Assembly (NCBI GenBank): GCA_963737695.1
Contig: CAVTTQ010000008.1
Span: 23,941-47,940 of the forward strand
DNA from: an uncultured Actinomycetota bacterium
GTDB taxonomy: Bacteria; Actinomycetota; Actinomycetes; Frankiales; Frankiaceae
Direction of reading: 5' to 3'
Length of the DNA: 24,000 nucleotides
Shown: positions 15,128-23,028 of the stretch, one piece after another
How positions within the stretch are numbered: position 1 is the first letter of the stretch
Layout: each line of letters starts with the position of its first letter
Translations under genes and position numbers: made by a program
The notes under the pieces: generated by a model
What the model was told of the DNA's origin: nothing
The model's database searches: none
Seen by the model: only the letters and a program-made list of their open reading frames with translations

Positions 15128-16461
15128 CCGGCAAGTCCTGTGCGAGCGCCCCCGAAGCCGCCCCCGCCAGTGAAGCCGCTCCCGCCAGTGAAGCCACCCC
15201 CGCCGGTGAAGCCACCCCCACCCGTGAAGCCACCTCCACCGAAGCCGCCCGTGCCGGTTCGCGTCCGGCCGCCGGTTCCGCCGACGCGAGTCACCGGGAC
15301 GATGATCTTGTCGCCGGCCGTGAGCCCTTTGGTGATCTGGGTTTCAAGTCCGGACGCGGTTCCCACCGTCACCGTCGTCTCGGTCTTGCGGCTCCCGTCG
15401 ACAACCGTGACTTTCGGGGTGGAGCCGGAGTAGTGGATCGCGGCTGTCGGCACAGCGAGCACATCTGTCAGCTGCTTGACGATGATCGAGACGTTGGCGC
15501 TCGCGCCGGGGTGGAGCGTCGGCTGCGCGCCGGTGACGGCGATGGTGACGGGGTAGGTCGTCACGCCTGAAGTCGAGGAAGCGATCAGCCCGACTGAGCT
15601 GACGGTGCCGAAGACGGGGGTGGTGCTGCCGTTGGCGGTGATCGTCGCCTGCAGACCGGTCTTCACCGAACCGATCGCGGTGTCATCGACGGTGGCTGCG
15701 ACGGTGAAGTGCACCGGGTCGATCAGCACAACCTGCGCGGTGGATGCGCCGGATGATGTGGTCGAGCTGGCAGCCGACAGCGCACTTGAGGACCCGCCCC
15801 CGCCAAAGCTCCCCGAGCCCCCGGATCCGCCGCCCGACCCGCCGCTGGATGAGCTGGACGAGGAGCTACTTGAGCCCGAGACCTGCTCGCCGACGGTCAG
15901 ATCGACCGACGCGATGGTTCCCGAGAACGGCGCCGTCATCGTCGCTCCGGCGAGCGCCTGCTGGGCATCGGTCACCGAGTTCTGCGCGACCGTAAGCGAT
16001 TGCTGGTCGGCGGTGAGCTGGGCGGCAGAAGCGCCGGCGGTGGTGTCAGTGCTCAACCGGTTTTGCGCGCTCGCCAGGGTCACCTGTGCGTTGGCGACGT
16101 TCGCGGAGAGCGTGGCGCTGGTGATGCTGGCGAGCGACTGGCCTTTGGTCACCTTCTGGCCGGCCGTGACATCGACGGCGGTCACCTGTCCGGCGGAGGC
16201 GAAGCTCATGTCGGCCTCGTTCGCCGACGCGAGAGTGCCGGTCGCCGGGACCGTCTGGGTGATCGTTGTGGTGGCGACGGTTTCGGTCTCGCTGGTTGCT
16301 GTAGCCGCGGACGAGGAACTGCCCGTCAAACCCCAGATGCCCAAGGCGATTGCGGCCACGACGACCACCGAGCCGACGGCGAACCAGGCCTTGTGCCTGA
16401 CCCAGATGCGGTCCTTACTCGGTGTGTCTTCCGGCGAATCGCCGCGCTTGAACAAGCGCAC
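15124..16461 (-). CDS. HlyD/MFP-type periplasmic adaptor subunit no. 1 with a (GGGGFT)n C-terminal tail
   Basis: TM helix is AWFAVGSVVVVAAIALGIWGL. Lipoyl-like motifs are MSFASAGQVTAVDVTAGQKVTKGQSLASI and MTAPFSGTIASVDLTVGEQV, with a coiled-coil hairpin. Start is uncertain: in-frame GTG/TTG at 16479, 16476, 16467, 16461 and 16455. Coding periodicity seems to reach about 16555, where an AGGAGGG-preceded ATG (16558) is out of frame by 1 (see findings). The track start TTG 16644 is unlikely. Confidence 0.85.
   Translation of the reverse strand: MRLFKRGDSPEDTPSKDRIWVRHKAWFAVGSVVVVAAIALGIWGLTGSSSSAATATSETETVATTTITQTVPATGTLASANEADMSFASAGQVTAVDVTAGQKVTKGQSLASITSATLSANVANAQVTLASAQNRLSTDTTAGASAAQLTADQQSLTVAQNSVTDAQQALAGATMTAPFSGTIASVDLTVGEQVSGSSSSSSSSSSGGSGGGSGGSGSFGGGGSSSALSAASSTTSSGASTAQVVLIDPVHFTVAATVDDTAIGSVKTGLQATITANGSTTPVFGTVSSVGLIASSTSGVTTYPVTIAVTGAQPTLHPGASANVSIIVKQLTDVLAVPTAAIHYSGSTPKVTVVDGSRKTETTVTVGTASGLETQITKGLTAGDKIIVPVTRVGGTGGRTRTGTGGFGGGGFTGGGGFTGGGGFTGGSGFTGGGGFGGARTGLAG
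15154..15258 (-). repeat. 18-bp tandem repeat (about 5.5 copies) encoding the FTGGGG repeats of the adaptor 1 tail
   Basis: Plus-strand units are GAAGCCGCCCCCGCCAGT (15154), GAAGCCGCTCCCGCCAGT (15172), GAAGCCACCCCCGCCGGT (15190) and GAAGCCACCCCCACCCGT (15208). Truncated copies follow at 15226 and 15241. Confidence 0.85.
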
Positions 16462-16708
16462 TCCCACGTCTCCCAACACCGCCCGGCCGCGCAGGCGCTC
16501 GGCGTGACTTGACCCGCTTCCGACGATCGCGGCTGACTTGAAGATCGAGTCCTGACATGCGGGTTCCCTCCTAGCACGCTGGGAGTCAGCTGTGAGGTTG
16601 TGTTTCGAGAAGCAATCAATCTTTTTCACATGTTCTGGCGGCAAAACCGCAGCTCGGCCCTACAACAAGAGACGGCCTGAGGTGCGTTGCAACACGCTCG
16701 AAAGCGGA

Positions 16709-18979
16709 TCAGCTGGCCGCTTTGTCGAGCCTCGACAGCATGTCCGGCAACGGACCCGGATGCACAATCAGGGCCCGGGTGGTCGCGCGGGTCAGCGCCA
16801 CATAGAGGTCGTTGGCGCCGCGCGCCGAGGCATCAAGAATGCCCTGCGGATCGACCACAATCACTACGTCGAACTCCAGGCCCTTGGCGGCGCGAACCTC
16901 AAGCAGCATGAGCTTGTTCGCGGTATCCGGACCGGCAAGTGCCAGCTCTCGAAGCAGGGGATCGGTCGACTGGGCCAGCAAGGCCCGCATGCCTTCAGGG
17001 ACTAGCACCGCCGTCGTGCCGTCAGCAGGCTCGGCGTCGCGTATGACTCGGGCGAAGGCCGCCGGCTCCGCGAGCGGGTCCAGCGCCACTGCCCGCGGGT
17101 ATTCGCCGACATCGCGAACCGAACTCGGCGGCTGCATCCCCGGGGCGAAAGAGGCCAGCACATCGGCAGCGACCTCCATGATCTCGCTCGGGGTGCGGTA
17201 ATTGACGGTGAGTTCTGCCTCTTGCCAGCGGCCTTCGGCGAAGGTGTCCAGTACCTGCGCCCAGCTGTCGCTACCGGCGACCGAACCGGTCTGCGCAACA
17301 TCTCCGACAATGGTCATCGAACGGCTCGGGCAGCGGCGGGCCAGCAGGCGCCACATCATCACCGAATGCTCCTGGGCCTCATCGACGATGAGGTGGCCGA
17401 AAGCCCAGCTCCGGTCGGCCGCAGCCCGCTCGGCGACGGTGCCGTAGGTGCCGACAGTGTTGAAACGGTCGGCCAGCATGTCTGCACTGACTTCGTCCGA
17501 CATGCCGATGATGGTCAGGACGCCCTCGGCGTACTCCTTCTCGCTGGCCCGACGTCGGCGCTCCTCGGCGGCGCGGGCCAGCTCGGCGGGGTCTCCGAGC
17601 AGCTCGGCGAGCTCGTCGAGCAGCGGGATGTCTGGCGTGGTCCATCCGCTGCCGGGATCGCGCCGCAGGTTCCAGCGCTCCATCTCGCTCAGCTCGGGCG
17701 CGGCGGCAGCGAGCAACTCCGGATCTGCGTAGAGCTGCTCCAGCAGTTCGTCGGCCGTGCGCACCGGCCACATCGCGTCGAGCGCCTCACGAAACTCGTC
17801 GGTCGTCAGCAACTCGCGCTGCATGTAGCGCGACTCCTCCGCATCAACCCCTTCCATCTGGTGGGAAAGGGTGCGCAGCACCGCGCGGGCGAAACGCGGT
17901 CGGGCCAGGTTGTGCGGCTGCCGGGTGGCGATCGCGCTGCGGCGGGCCGCCAGCGCCTGGGCCCGGGTCAGCTTCAGCTCGTAGCGGTCGAACGGGATGA
18001 TCGCAAATGTGGTGGGGACCTTTTTGAGGTTGTAGACCGCCCTGGCCATGACGTCCGCCATGCGCCGGTCTCCCTTGAGGACGACCGAGTTCGATGGCTC
18101 CTGCGCCGTGACGGTGATGCCGGGCAGCAGCTCCTCCGGCGTCGAGAGCAGCACACCGGTTTCGCCGAGGGAGGGCAGCACCTGCTCGATGTAGCGCAGG
18201 AAGGTCACGTTAGGCCCGACGACCAGGACTCCGGACCCGCGAAGGCGCTCGCGTTGGACGTAGAGCAGATACGCGGCGCGGTGCAGTGCGACCGCCGTCT
18301 TGCCCGTGCCGGGCCCGCCTTGCACGACCAGGACGCCACGGGCATCGGCGCGGATGATGCGGTCCTGCTCGGCCTGGATCGTCGCGACGATGTCGGACAT
18401 GCGGCCGGTGCGACTCGTAGCGAGCGCGGCCATCAGGGTCGCCTCGGCCGACAGGGTGCTGCGATCCGTCTCGGCCAGTTCCACCAGCTCGTTCGCATCC
18501 AGCACGTCATCACCGACACCGACCACGCGGCGTCCGCTGAGCTGCAGATGGCGCCGGCGGCGTACCCCCAGCGGCTCGGCCGAGGTCGCCCGGTAGAACG
18601 CCTGCGCTGCAGGGGCGCGCCAGTCCACCAGCAGCCGTTCGCCGTTGGGAGCCGACAGACCCAGCCGTCCCACGTAATAGCGCTGGCCGTCTGCCAGGTC
18701 CAGCCGTCCGAAGCAGAGCCCGTTCTCCACGCCGCGCAACTGGATGAGGCGGCGCTCGTATTCGGTCGCGAAGGCGTCGCGTTCAGATCTGGCGGCCGGC
18801 GTGCCGCTCGCTCCCATCGCTCGGGTCTCGGCCAGCTGTCGCTCGGTGAGGGCGCGCAGCGCGTCCAGCCGGGCGTACATGCGGTCGACGTGGTCTTGCT
18901 CGTCGGCAAGAACCGCCTCGCGCGCTCCGGGAAGGGGGAGCTCGGGTTGCGCGGCCACAGGCTGGCCGCTCGACACCAT
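16709..18979 (-). CDS. helD: HelD-like RNA polymerase-associated UvrD/Rep-family helicase/ATPase
   Basis: The N-terminal HelD signature is LCFGRLDLADGQRYYVGRLGLSAPNGERLLVDWRAPAAQAFYRAT...RRRRHL. Walker A is GGPGTGKTAVALHRAAYLLY, with DEAQE and a C-terminal KGLEFDVVIVVD...LYVALTRAT. The probable start is ATG 18979 (MVSSGQPVAAQ...); the track start 19078 adds 33 implausible residues. Confidence 0.85.
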   Translation of the reverse strand: MVSSGQPVAAQPELPLPGAREAVLADEQDHVDRMYARLDALRALTERQLAETRAMGASGTPAARSERDAFATEYERRLIQLRGVENGLCFGRLDLADGQRYYVGRLGLSAPNGERLLVDWRAPAAQAFYRATSAEPLGVRRRRHLQLSGRRVVGVGDDVLDANELVELAETDRSTLSAEATLMAALATSRTGRMSDIVATIQAEQDRIIRADARGVLVVQGGPGTGKTAVALHRAAYLLYVQRERLRGSGVLVVGPNVTFLRYIEQVLPSLGETGVLLSTPEELLPGITVTAQEPSNSVVLKGDRRMADVMARAVYNLKKVPTTFAIIPFDRYELKLTRAQALAARRSAIATRQPHNLARPRFARAVLRTLSHQMEGVDAEESRYMQRELLTTDEFREALDAMWPVRTADELLEQLYADPELLAAAAPELSEMERWNLRRDPGSGWTTPDIPLLDELAELLGDPAELARAAEERRRRASEKEYAEGVLTIIGMSDEVSADMLADRFNTVGTYGTVAERAAADRSWAFGHLIVDEAQEHSVMMWRLLARRCPSRSMTIVGDVAQTGSVAGSDSWAQVLDTFAEGRWQEAELTVNYRTPSEIMEVAADVLASFAPGMQPPSSVRDVGEYPRAVALDPLAEPAAFARVIRDAEPADGTTAVLVPEGMRALLAQSTDPLLRELALAGPDTANKLMLLEVRAAKGLEFDVVIVVDPQGILDASARGANDLYVALTRATTRALIVHPGPLPDMLSRLDKAAS

Positions 18980-19063
18980 CAGCAGAAGGCTCCGATGCAG
19001 CAGGAGAAAAAGCGGACGTGTCAGGCTATCCGGGTGAGCCGGCATGAGCACGAATGAGCTCTC

Positions 19064-20720
19064 GTGACACCGGCACAAACCGCCTGGGATGTCGCGATCG
19101 TCGGTCTCGGTCCGGTGGGCCTCACCTTGGCAAGCCTGCTTGGTCAGGGCGGCCTTCGCGTCATCGCGCTTGACCAGAGGCTGGAGCCAACCCCTTATCC
19201 GCGGGCCATTGCGGCTGACGACGAGATGCTGCGTACCGTCCTGAACCTTCCCGGGCTCGGCAGCGCCGGGCGACCTGTTCCAGCCGGGCCGGCGGATCGA
19301 CGTGCGCGATGGCCGTGGACGGCGGCTGACGAGCGTTTCCTTCCCGGCCAGCCCGTTCGGCGTACCCGGCCTGTCGTTCTTTCACCAGCCGTCGCTGGAA
19401 CGCGAGTTGCAGGCGGCGCTCCTCGGGGTGCCCGGAGTGCGGCTCGAATGGGGAGCTCGGGTCACCGGGCTTCGTGACGAGCCCGGCGGGGTAGGCGTGC
19501 AGTGGCAGGCCGGCGGCGTGGTGCAGTCGGCGCGTGCCTCGTGGGTCGTCGGCTGCGATGGAGCCGCCAGCCTGGTGCGCCAGGCGCGGGGGATCGCCTA
19601 CGAAGGGCGCACGTTCGGCGAGCCCTGGATCGTGATCGATATCGATGCGCCCGCCCCACTCGCGCATTTGCCCGGATTCACCTACCTGCTGGACCGCCGC
19701 CGGCCCAGCGTGAACATGCCCCGTCCTGGTGGCCACCGGTTCGAATTCATGGTCCGGAAGGGTGAGGATCCGGCAGTCCTGGCCGATCCCGCGCAGATCG
19801 ATCGCTGGTTGGAGCCCTATCTGGCGCCCTTGGACTCAGCGTTTCGAGGGCAGCTGCGGGTTGTCCGGGCGGCGGCCTACAGCTACCACGCCCGCATCGC
19901 AGGGCGTTGGAGGGATGGGCGGGTATTGCTGGCCGGTGACGCCGCACATTGCATGCCTCCGTTCGGGGGTCAGGGACTCGGCGCCGGCATCGGCGACGCG
20001 CTCGCGCTGGCCTGGCGCCTGGAGGAAGTGCAGCGCGGGCTCGCTCCGCCGCGATCGCTGGACGGTTACGAGCGCGAGCGCAGGCCTCGCGTCGCACAGA
20101 TGACCCGTACCGCGCTCATCGCCGGTCGGGCGCTGACCGCAAGGACCGTGCCTGGCGCCAGTTCAGCCCGATTGGCTCTGCGGGCGATTGACGCGGCCCC
20201 CATCCTCGGCCGCCGGTTTCGGGCCGGATCGCTGCGTGTGCGTCCGCGGCTGACGCCTCCGGCGGGGGAGCGTCGCCTGCGGGCGGGCGAGCCTCTTGCC
20301 AACCCGCGAGTACGAACCCCCGATGGCCGCACCCAGCGCCTGGACGCTGTCTTACCGGCTGGTTGGGTGCTGCTCGGCTGCGCGGCAGACCCTTGGAGCG
20401 GGCTGCCACCCGACCTGGTGGCCCCGCTGCGTCAACGCAGATGCCATGGCCTGTCGATCCATCCCCCGGAGGCCTCACCACGGTCGACGCGGGACGGCTG
20501 CCCAGCGGTCGAGGATCTGGACGGCTCCGTCCTGGAGCTGTGGCGGGGTGAGCAGGCTGGCCCGGTCCCTGCCGTCGTCCTCGTTCGGCCCGACCGATTT
20601 CTGGTCGGGGTCGGGAAAGGATCGCTTCTCGTCGGCCCTTTCCGCCGCGTCACTGACATTGCTTCCTGGTTGGAGCCGGCTGGCAATTCGCCACGTGAAC
20701 CTGCGGTGCTCAGGGACTGA
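19064..20720 (+). pseudogene. MhpA/PheA-like FAD-dependent aromatic-ring monooxygenase, N-terminal FAD-binding segment out of frame (one +1 change near 19268)
   Basis: GTG 19064 gives MTPAQTAWDVAIVGLGPVGLTLASLLGQGGLRVIALDQRLEPTPYPRAIAADDEMLRTVLNLPGLGSA (GxGxxG Rossmann fold) in one frame. The rest lies in the next frame: GDLFQPGRRIDVRDGRGRRL...CDGAASLVR...LLAGDAAHCMPPFGGQGLGAGIGDALALAWRL...VLVRPDRFLVG. Removing one G from GGG 19268-19270 joins them seamlessly. The track splits this into 19064-19477 and 19302-20720. Confidence 0.8.
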
Positions 20721-20736
20721 AAGGTAACGTCGTGGA

Positions 20737-21126
20737 GTGCGCAAGCTGCTCACCATCCGGTGGATGGGCTTCCACCTTTTGACGATTGGCTGCGTCGTCC
20801 TGTTCGCGATCCTCGGACACTGGCAATGGGATGTCGGCGGTCTCAAGCGTGGATCCATCCGTAACTACGCCTATGGCGTGGAGTGGTGGGTGTTCGCGGT
20901 CATCCTGCTCGTCCTGTGGTGGCGGTTGGTTCGTCAGGAGCTCAAAGGCGAGCCGGCGCTCACCGGTAAGGCGAGCGAGCCGGATCGGCCGAAATTGCCT
21001 CGGTTCCGGGTGCCGGCGCCCCAGGTCACTGCAGTAGTCGACGACGCGGAGGACCCGGAAATGGCGGCTTACAACCGTTACCTCAATTCGTTGCACAAGC
21101 AGGACATCGCCGGCGGCCAGGGGTGA
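20737..21126 (+). CDS. small two-TM membrane protein, function unknown
   Basis: 129 aa. TM helices are HLLTIGCVVLFAILGHWQW and VEWWVFAVILLVLWWRLV, followed by a charged C-terminal tail. Start choice (GTG 20737) is uncertain. Confidence 0.6.
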   Translation: MRKLLTIRWMGFHLLTIGCVVLFAILGHWQWDVGGLKRGSIRNYAYGVEWWVFAVILLVLWWRLVRQELKGEPALTGKASEPDRPKLPRFRVPAPQVTAVVDDAEDPEMAAYNRYLNSLHKQDIAGGQG

Positions 21127-21178
21127 GCGCCGCTGAGGCGAGCCTGTCGCCGGCGCCCCGGTCGCCGTTCCCAAGTCG

Positions 21179-21550
21179 GTGCTGGCGGCACTGCGGCGCT
21201 ACCAGATCATCGCGTACGTCGTCGGCGTCGGGCTGATCATCCTGGTGCTGGTCGGGGTGCCGCTGCAGATCTGGGCGAACAACGAGTCGGTCGTGAAGGT
21301 CGTCGGCCCGCTGCACGGAGCGCTCTACGTGGTCTACCTGCTTCTGACGCTGGATCTTGCGCGCCGCGTGCGGATGAATCCCGTCGTCGCCGTGCTGGTC
21401 ATGGTGGCCGGCACGATTCCGTTCCTGTCCTTCGTGGCCGAGCGCAAGGTCACGGCGATGGTGAAGGCGCCTCAGACCCGAGAGCCCAAGGGACTCAAGC
21501 CTGAGCACGAGCGGTCGACCAATCCTCACGTCGCAGACACCCGTTCGTAA
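21179..21550 (+). CDS. DUF3817-like integral membrane protein
   Basis: ALRRYQIIAYVVGVGLIILVLVGVPLQ...VGPLHGALYVVYLLLTLDLA...VAGTIPFLSFVAERKV matches the 3-4 TM DUF3817 pattern as I recall it. GTG 21179 is the first in-frame start after a stop. Confidence 0.65.
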   Translation: MLAALRRYQIIAYVVGVGLIILVLVGVPLQIWANNESVVKVVGPLHGALYVVYLLLTLDLARRVRMNPVVAVLVMVAGTIPFLSFVAERKVTAMVKAPQTREPKGLKPEHERSTNPHVADTRS

Positions 21551-21826
21551 CCGCTGGCTGTGAGCATGAGCACATACGGAGACGCCCGGACAGGCGAGGT
21601 GATCCAGCGATGAGTGTGGCGAGCCGCGTGCTGCTGTGGATGCAGACCCGACGGCTGGCAGACCAGGTCGCGTCGTAACGCGTGGGCCGCGATGGTCGCC
21701 GACCGTCAGCGTCGCGCCGAGCGGGCAGCAGTCGAACAGGATTTGCGCACGGTCATCCCGACGCCAAGGCTGCGCGTACTCACGCGCTGAGGCACAGCTT
21801 GCGGGCGGCTAGGCATAGTTGCCCGG

Positions 21827-23028
21827 ATGGCTGCCCCGGACGCTCTCGCTGCTGCTGCTCGGCTCGCCCGCTGCTTTCGACGAACTGGACCTCGACGCAG
21901 CTACGGCGACGTAAGAGCTACAAGTGGTCGGCCTATCCGGCTGACGTGTTACCGGCGTTCGTCGCCGAAATGGACCTTCCGCTGGCGCCGGCGGTCACGG
22001 GCCGTGCTGGAGGAGGCAGTCGCGGCCGGCGACTGCGGCTATGCCAATGACCTCGACCTGCCGCCGGCGTTCGCGGCATTTGCCGAGCCATCGGTGGTCG
22101 TGGGAGGCCGATCCGGCCCGGATGGTCGTCGTGCCGGATGTGATGGCCGGAGTCGCACGATCGATCGAGATCCTGACCGCGCCGGGCGATGGCGTGGTGA
22201 TCACGCCGCCGGTTTACGGGCCGTTCAGCCGGACTATCGAGCGGCTCGGGAGGCGGCCGGTGGAGGCGCCGGTAGTGCTGGATTCGGGCGGCTGGCGGCT
22301 GGATCTGGAAGCGGTCGAAGCCGCTTTCACCGCCGGCGCCCGGGCGATCGTGCTGTGCAATCCGCACAATCCGACCGGGGCGCTGCCGTCCGCGGCCGAG
22401 TTGCTGGAGCTTCGCGAGCTGGCGGCGCGCTTCGGCGCGGGGATCATCAGCGACGAGGTCCACGGGCCGCTGACGCTTGCCGGGCCGCCGCTTCACCCCG
22501 CTGCTCTCGCTGGGCGATCGTCGGGCGATCTGACCGTGACCTCAGCGTCGAAGGCCTGGAATGTTGCCGGGATTGAAGTGCGCGCTCGTCATCGCGGGCG
22601 ACGCGCGAGCGGCGGAGGAGCTCGACCGGGCTTCCGGTCGAGCTGCGCCATCCCGGCCACCTCGGGCGCGCTGGCCGCGACGGCGGCCTTCGCGTCGGCG
22701 GCGGCCGGCGACGGCTGGCTGGATGCAGGTCAACGGGCCATCTGCAACGCCAGCACGATCGGGCGGCGGCTCTGCTCGCTTCGGCGCTACCGAAGATCGA
22801 GGTCCCGCGCGTCGACGCCGGCTATCTGCTGTGGTTGGACTGTCGCGCCCTTGGGACTCGGTGATGATCCGGCGGCGGATATTCCTGGACCGGGGCAAGC
22901 GTCGCGCTGTCGCCCGGGCTCGAATTCGGCAGTCAGGGCGGCGGATTTGCGCGGCTGAACGTCGCCACCAGTGGCGCGCTGCTGCTGAAGCGGTACGTCG
23001 GATGCGCGCTGCAGTCGACATCCGCTGA
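21827..23028 (+). pseudogene. PatB/MalY-type PLP-dependent aminotransferase / C-S lyase, fragmented by about 13 frame changes
   Basis: Recognisable segments appear in successive frames. In order they are:
- MAAPDALAAAARLA
- AAFDELDLD
- QLRRRKSYKWSAYPADVLPAFVAEMDLPLAPAVT
- AVLEEAVAAGDCGYANDLDLPPAFAAFAE
- HRWSWEADPARMVVVPDVMAGVARSIEILTAPGDGVVITPPVYGPF...VLCNPHNPTGA...SDEVHGPL...TSASKAWNVAG
- LKCALVIAGDARAAEELDR
- LPVELRHPGHLG
- ALAATAAFASAAAGDGWLDA
- VNG
- HLQRQHDRAAALLASALPKIEVPRVDAGYLLWLDCRALG
- LGDDPAA
- IFLDRGK
- VALSPGLEFGSQGGGFARLNVATSGALL
- EAVRRMRAAVDIR-stop (TGA 23026-23028)
The track shows the pieces as 21682-22050, 21827-22576, 22041-22958 and 22561-23028. Confidence 0.8.

Noticed and set aside
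17222-19057. 611-aa plus-strand ORF, along with many other long ORFs in the track. Examples are 28-573, 796-1404, 2090-2695, 6420-7082, 11462-12175, 12079-12891, 12389-13339, 15605-16507 and 19161-19736.
   Set aside because: They lie antisense to, or out of frame with, genes that have clear family signatures. They are Arg/Ala/Pro/Gly-rich as expected for shadow frames in very GC-rich DNA, and they show no motifs.
18980-19063. Possible rifamycin-associated element or other operator in the helD / monooxygenase divergent region.
   Set aside because: Only a short imperfect palindrome is visible, and I cannot reproduce the RAE consensus reliably from memory. No call was made beyond the low-interest finding.
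19064-20720. Interpretation of the FAD monooxygenase as a Rox-type rifamycin monooxygenase.
   Set aside because: The N-terminal motifs (PRAIAADDE) and the C-terminal RPDRFLVG thioredoxin-like tail fit MhpA/phenol-hydroxylase-like enzymes better. The data are insufficient to assign a substrate.
21575-21790. Small ORFs in the 276-bp gap before the aminotransferase. They are MSTYGDARTGEVIQR, an ATGA-overlapping MSVASRVLLWMQTRRLADQVAS, and MVADRQRRAERAAVEQDLRTVIPTPRLRVLTR from ATG 21692.
   Set aside because: They are too short, lack convincing RBSs and match no family. Given the local frameshift density they could be fragments of something, but I cannot support a call.
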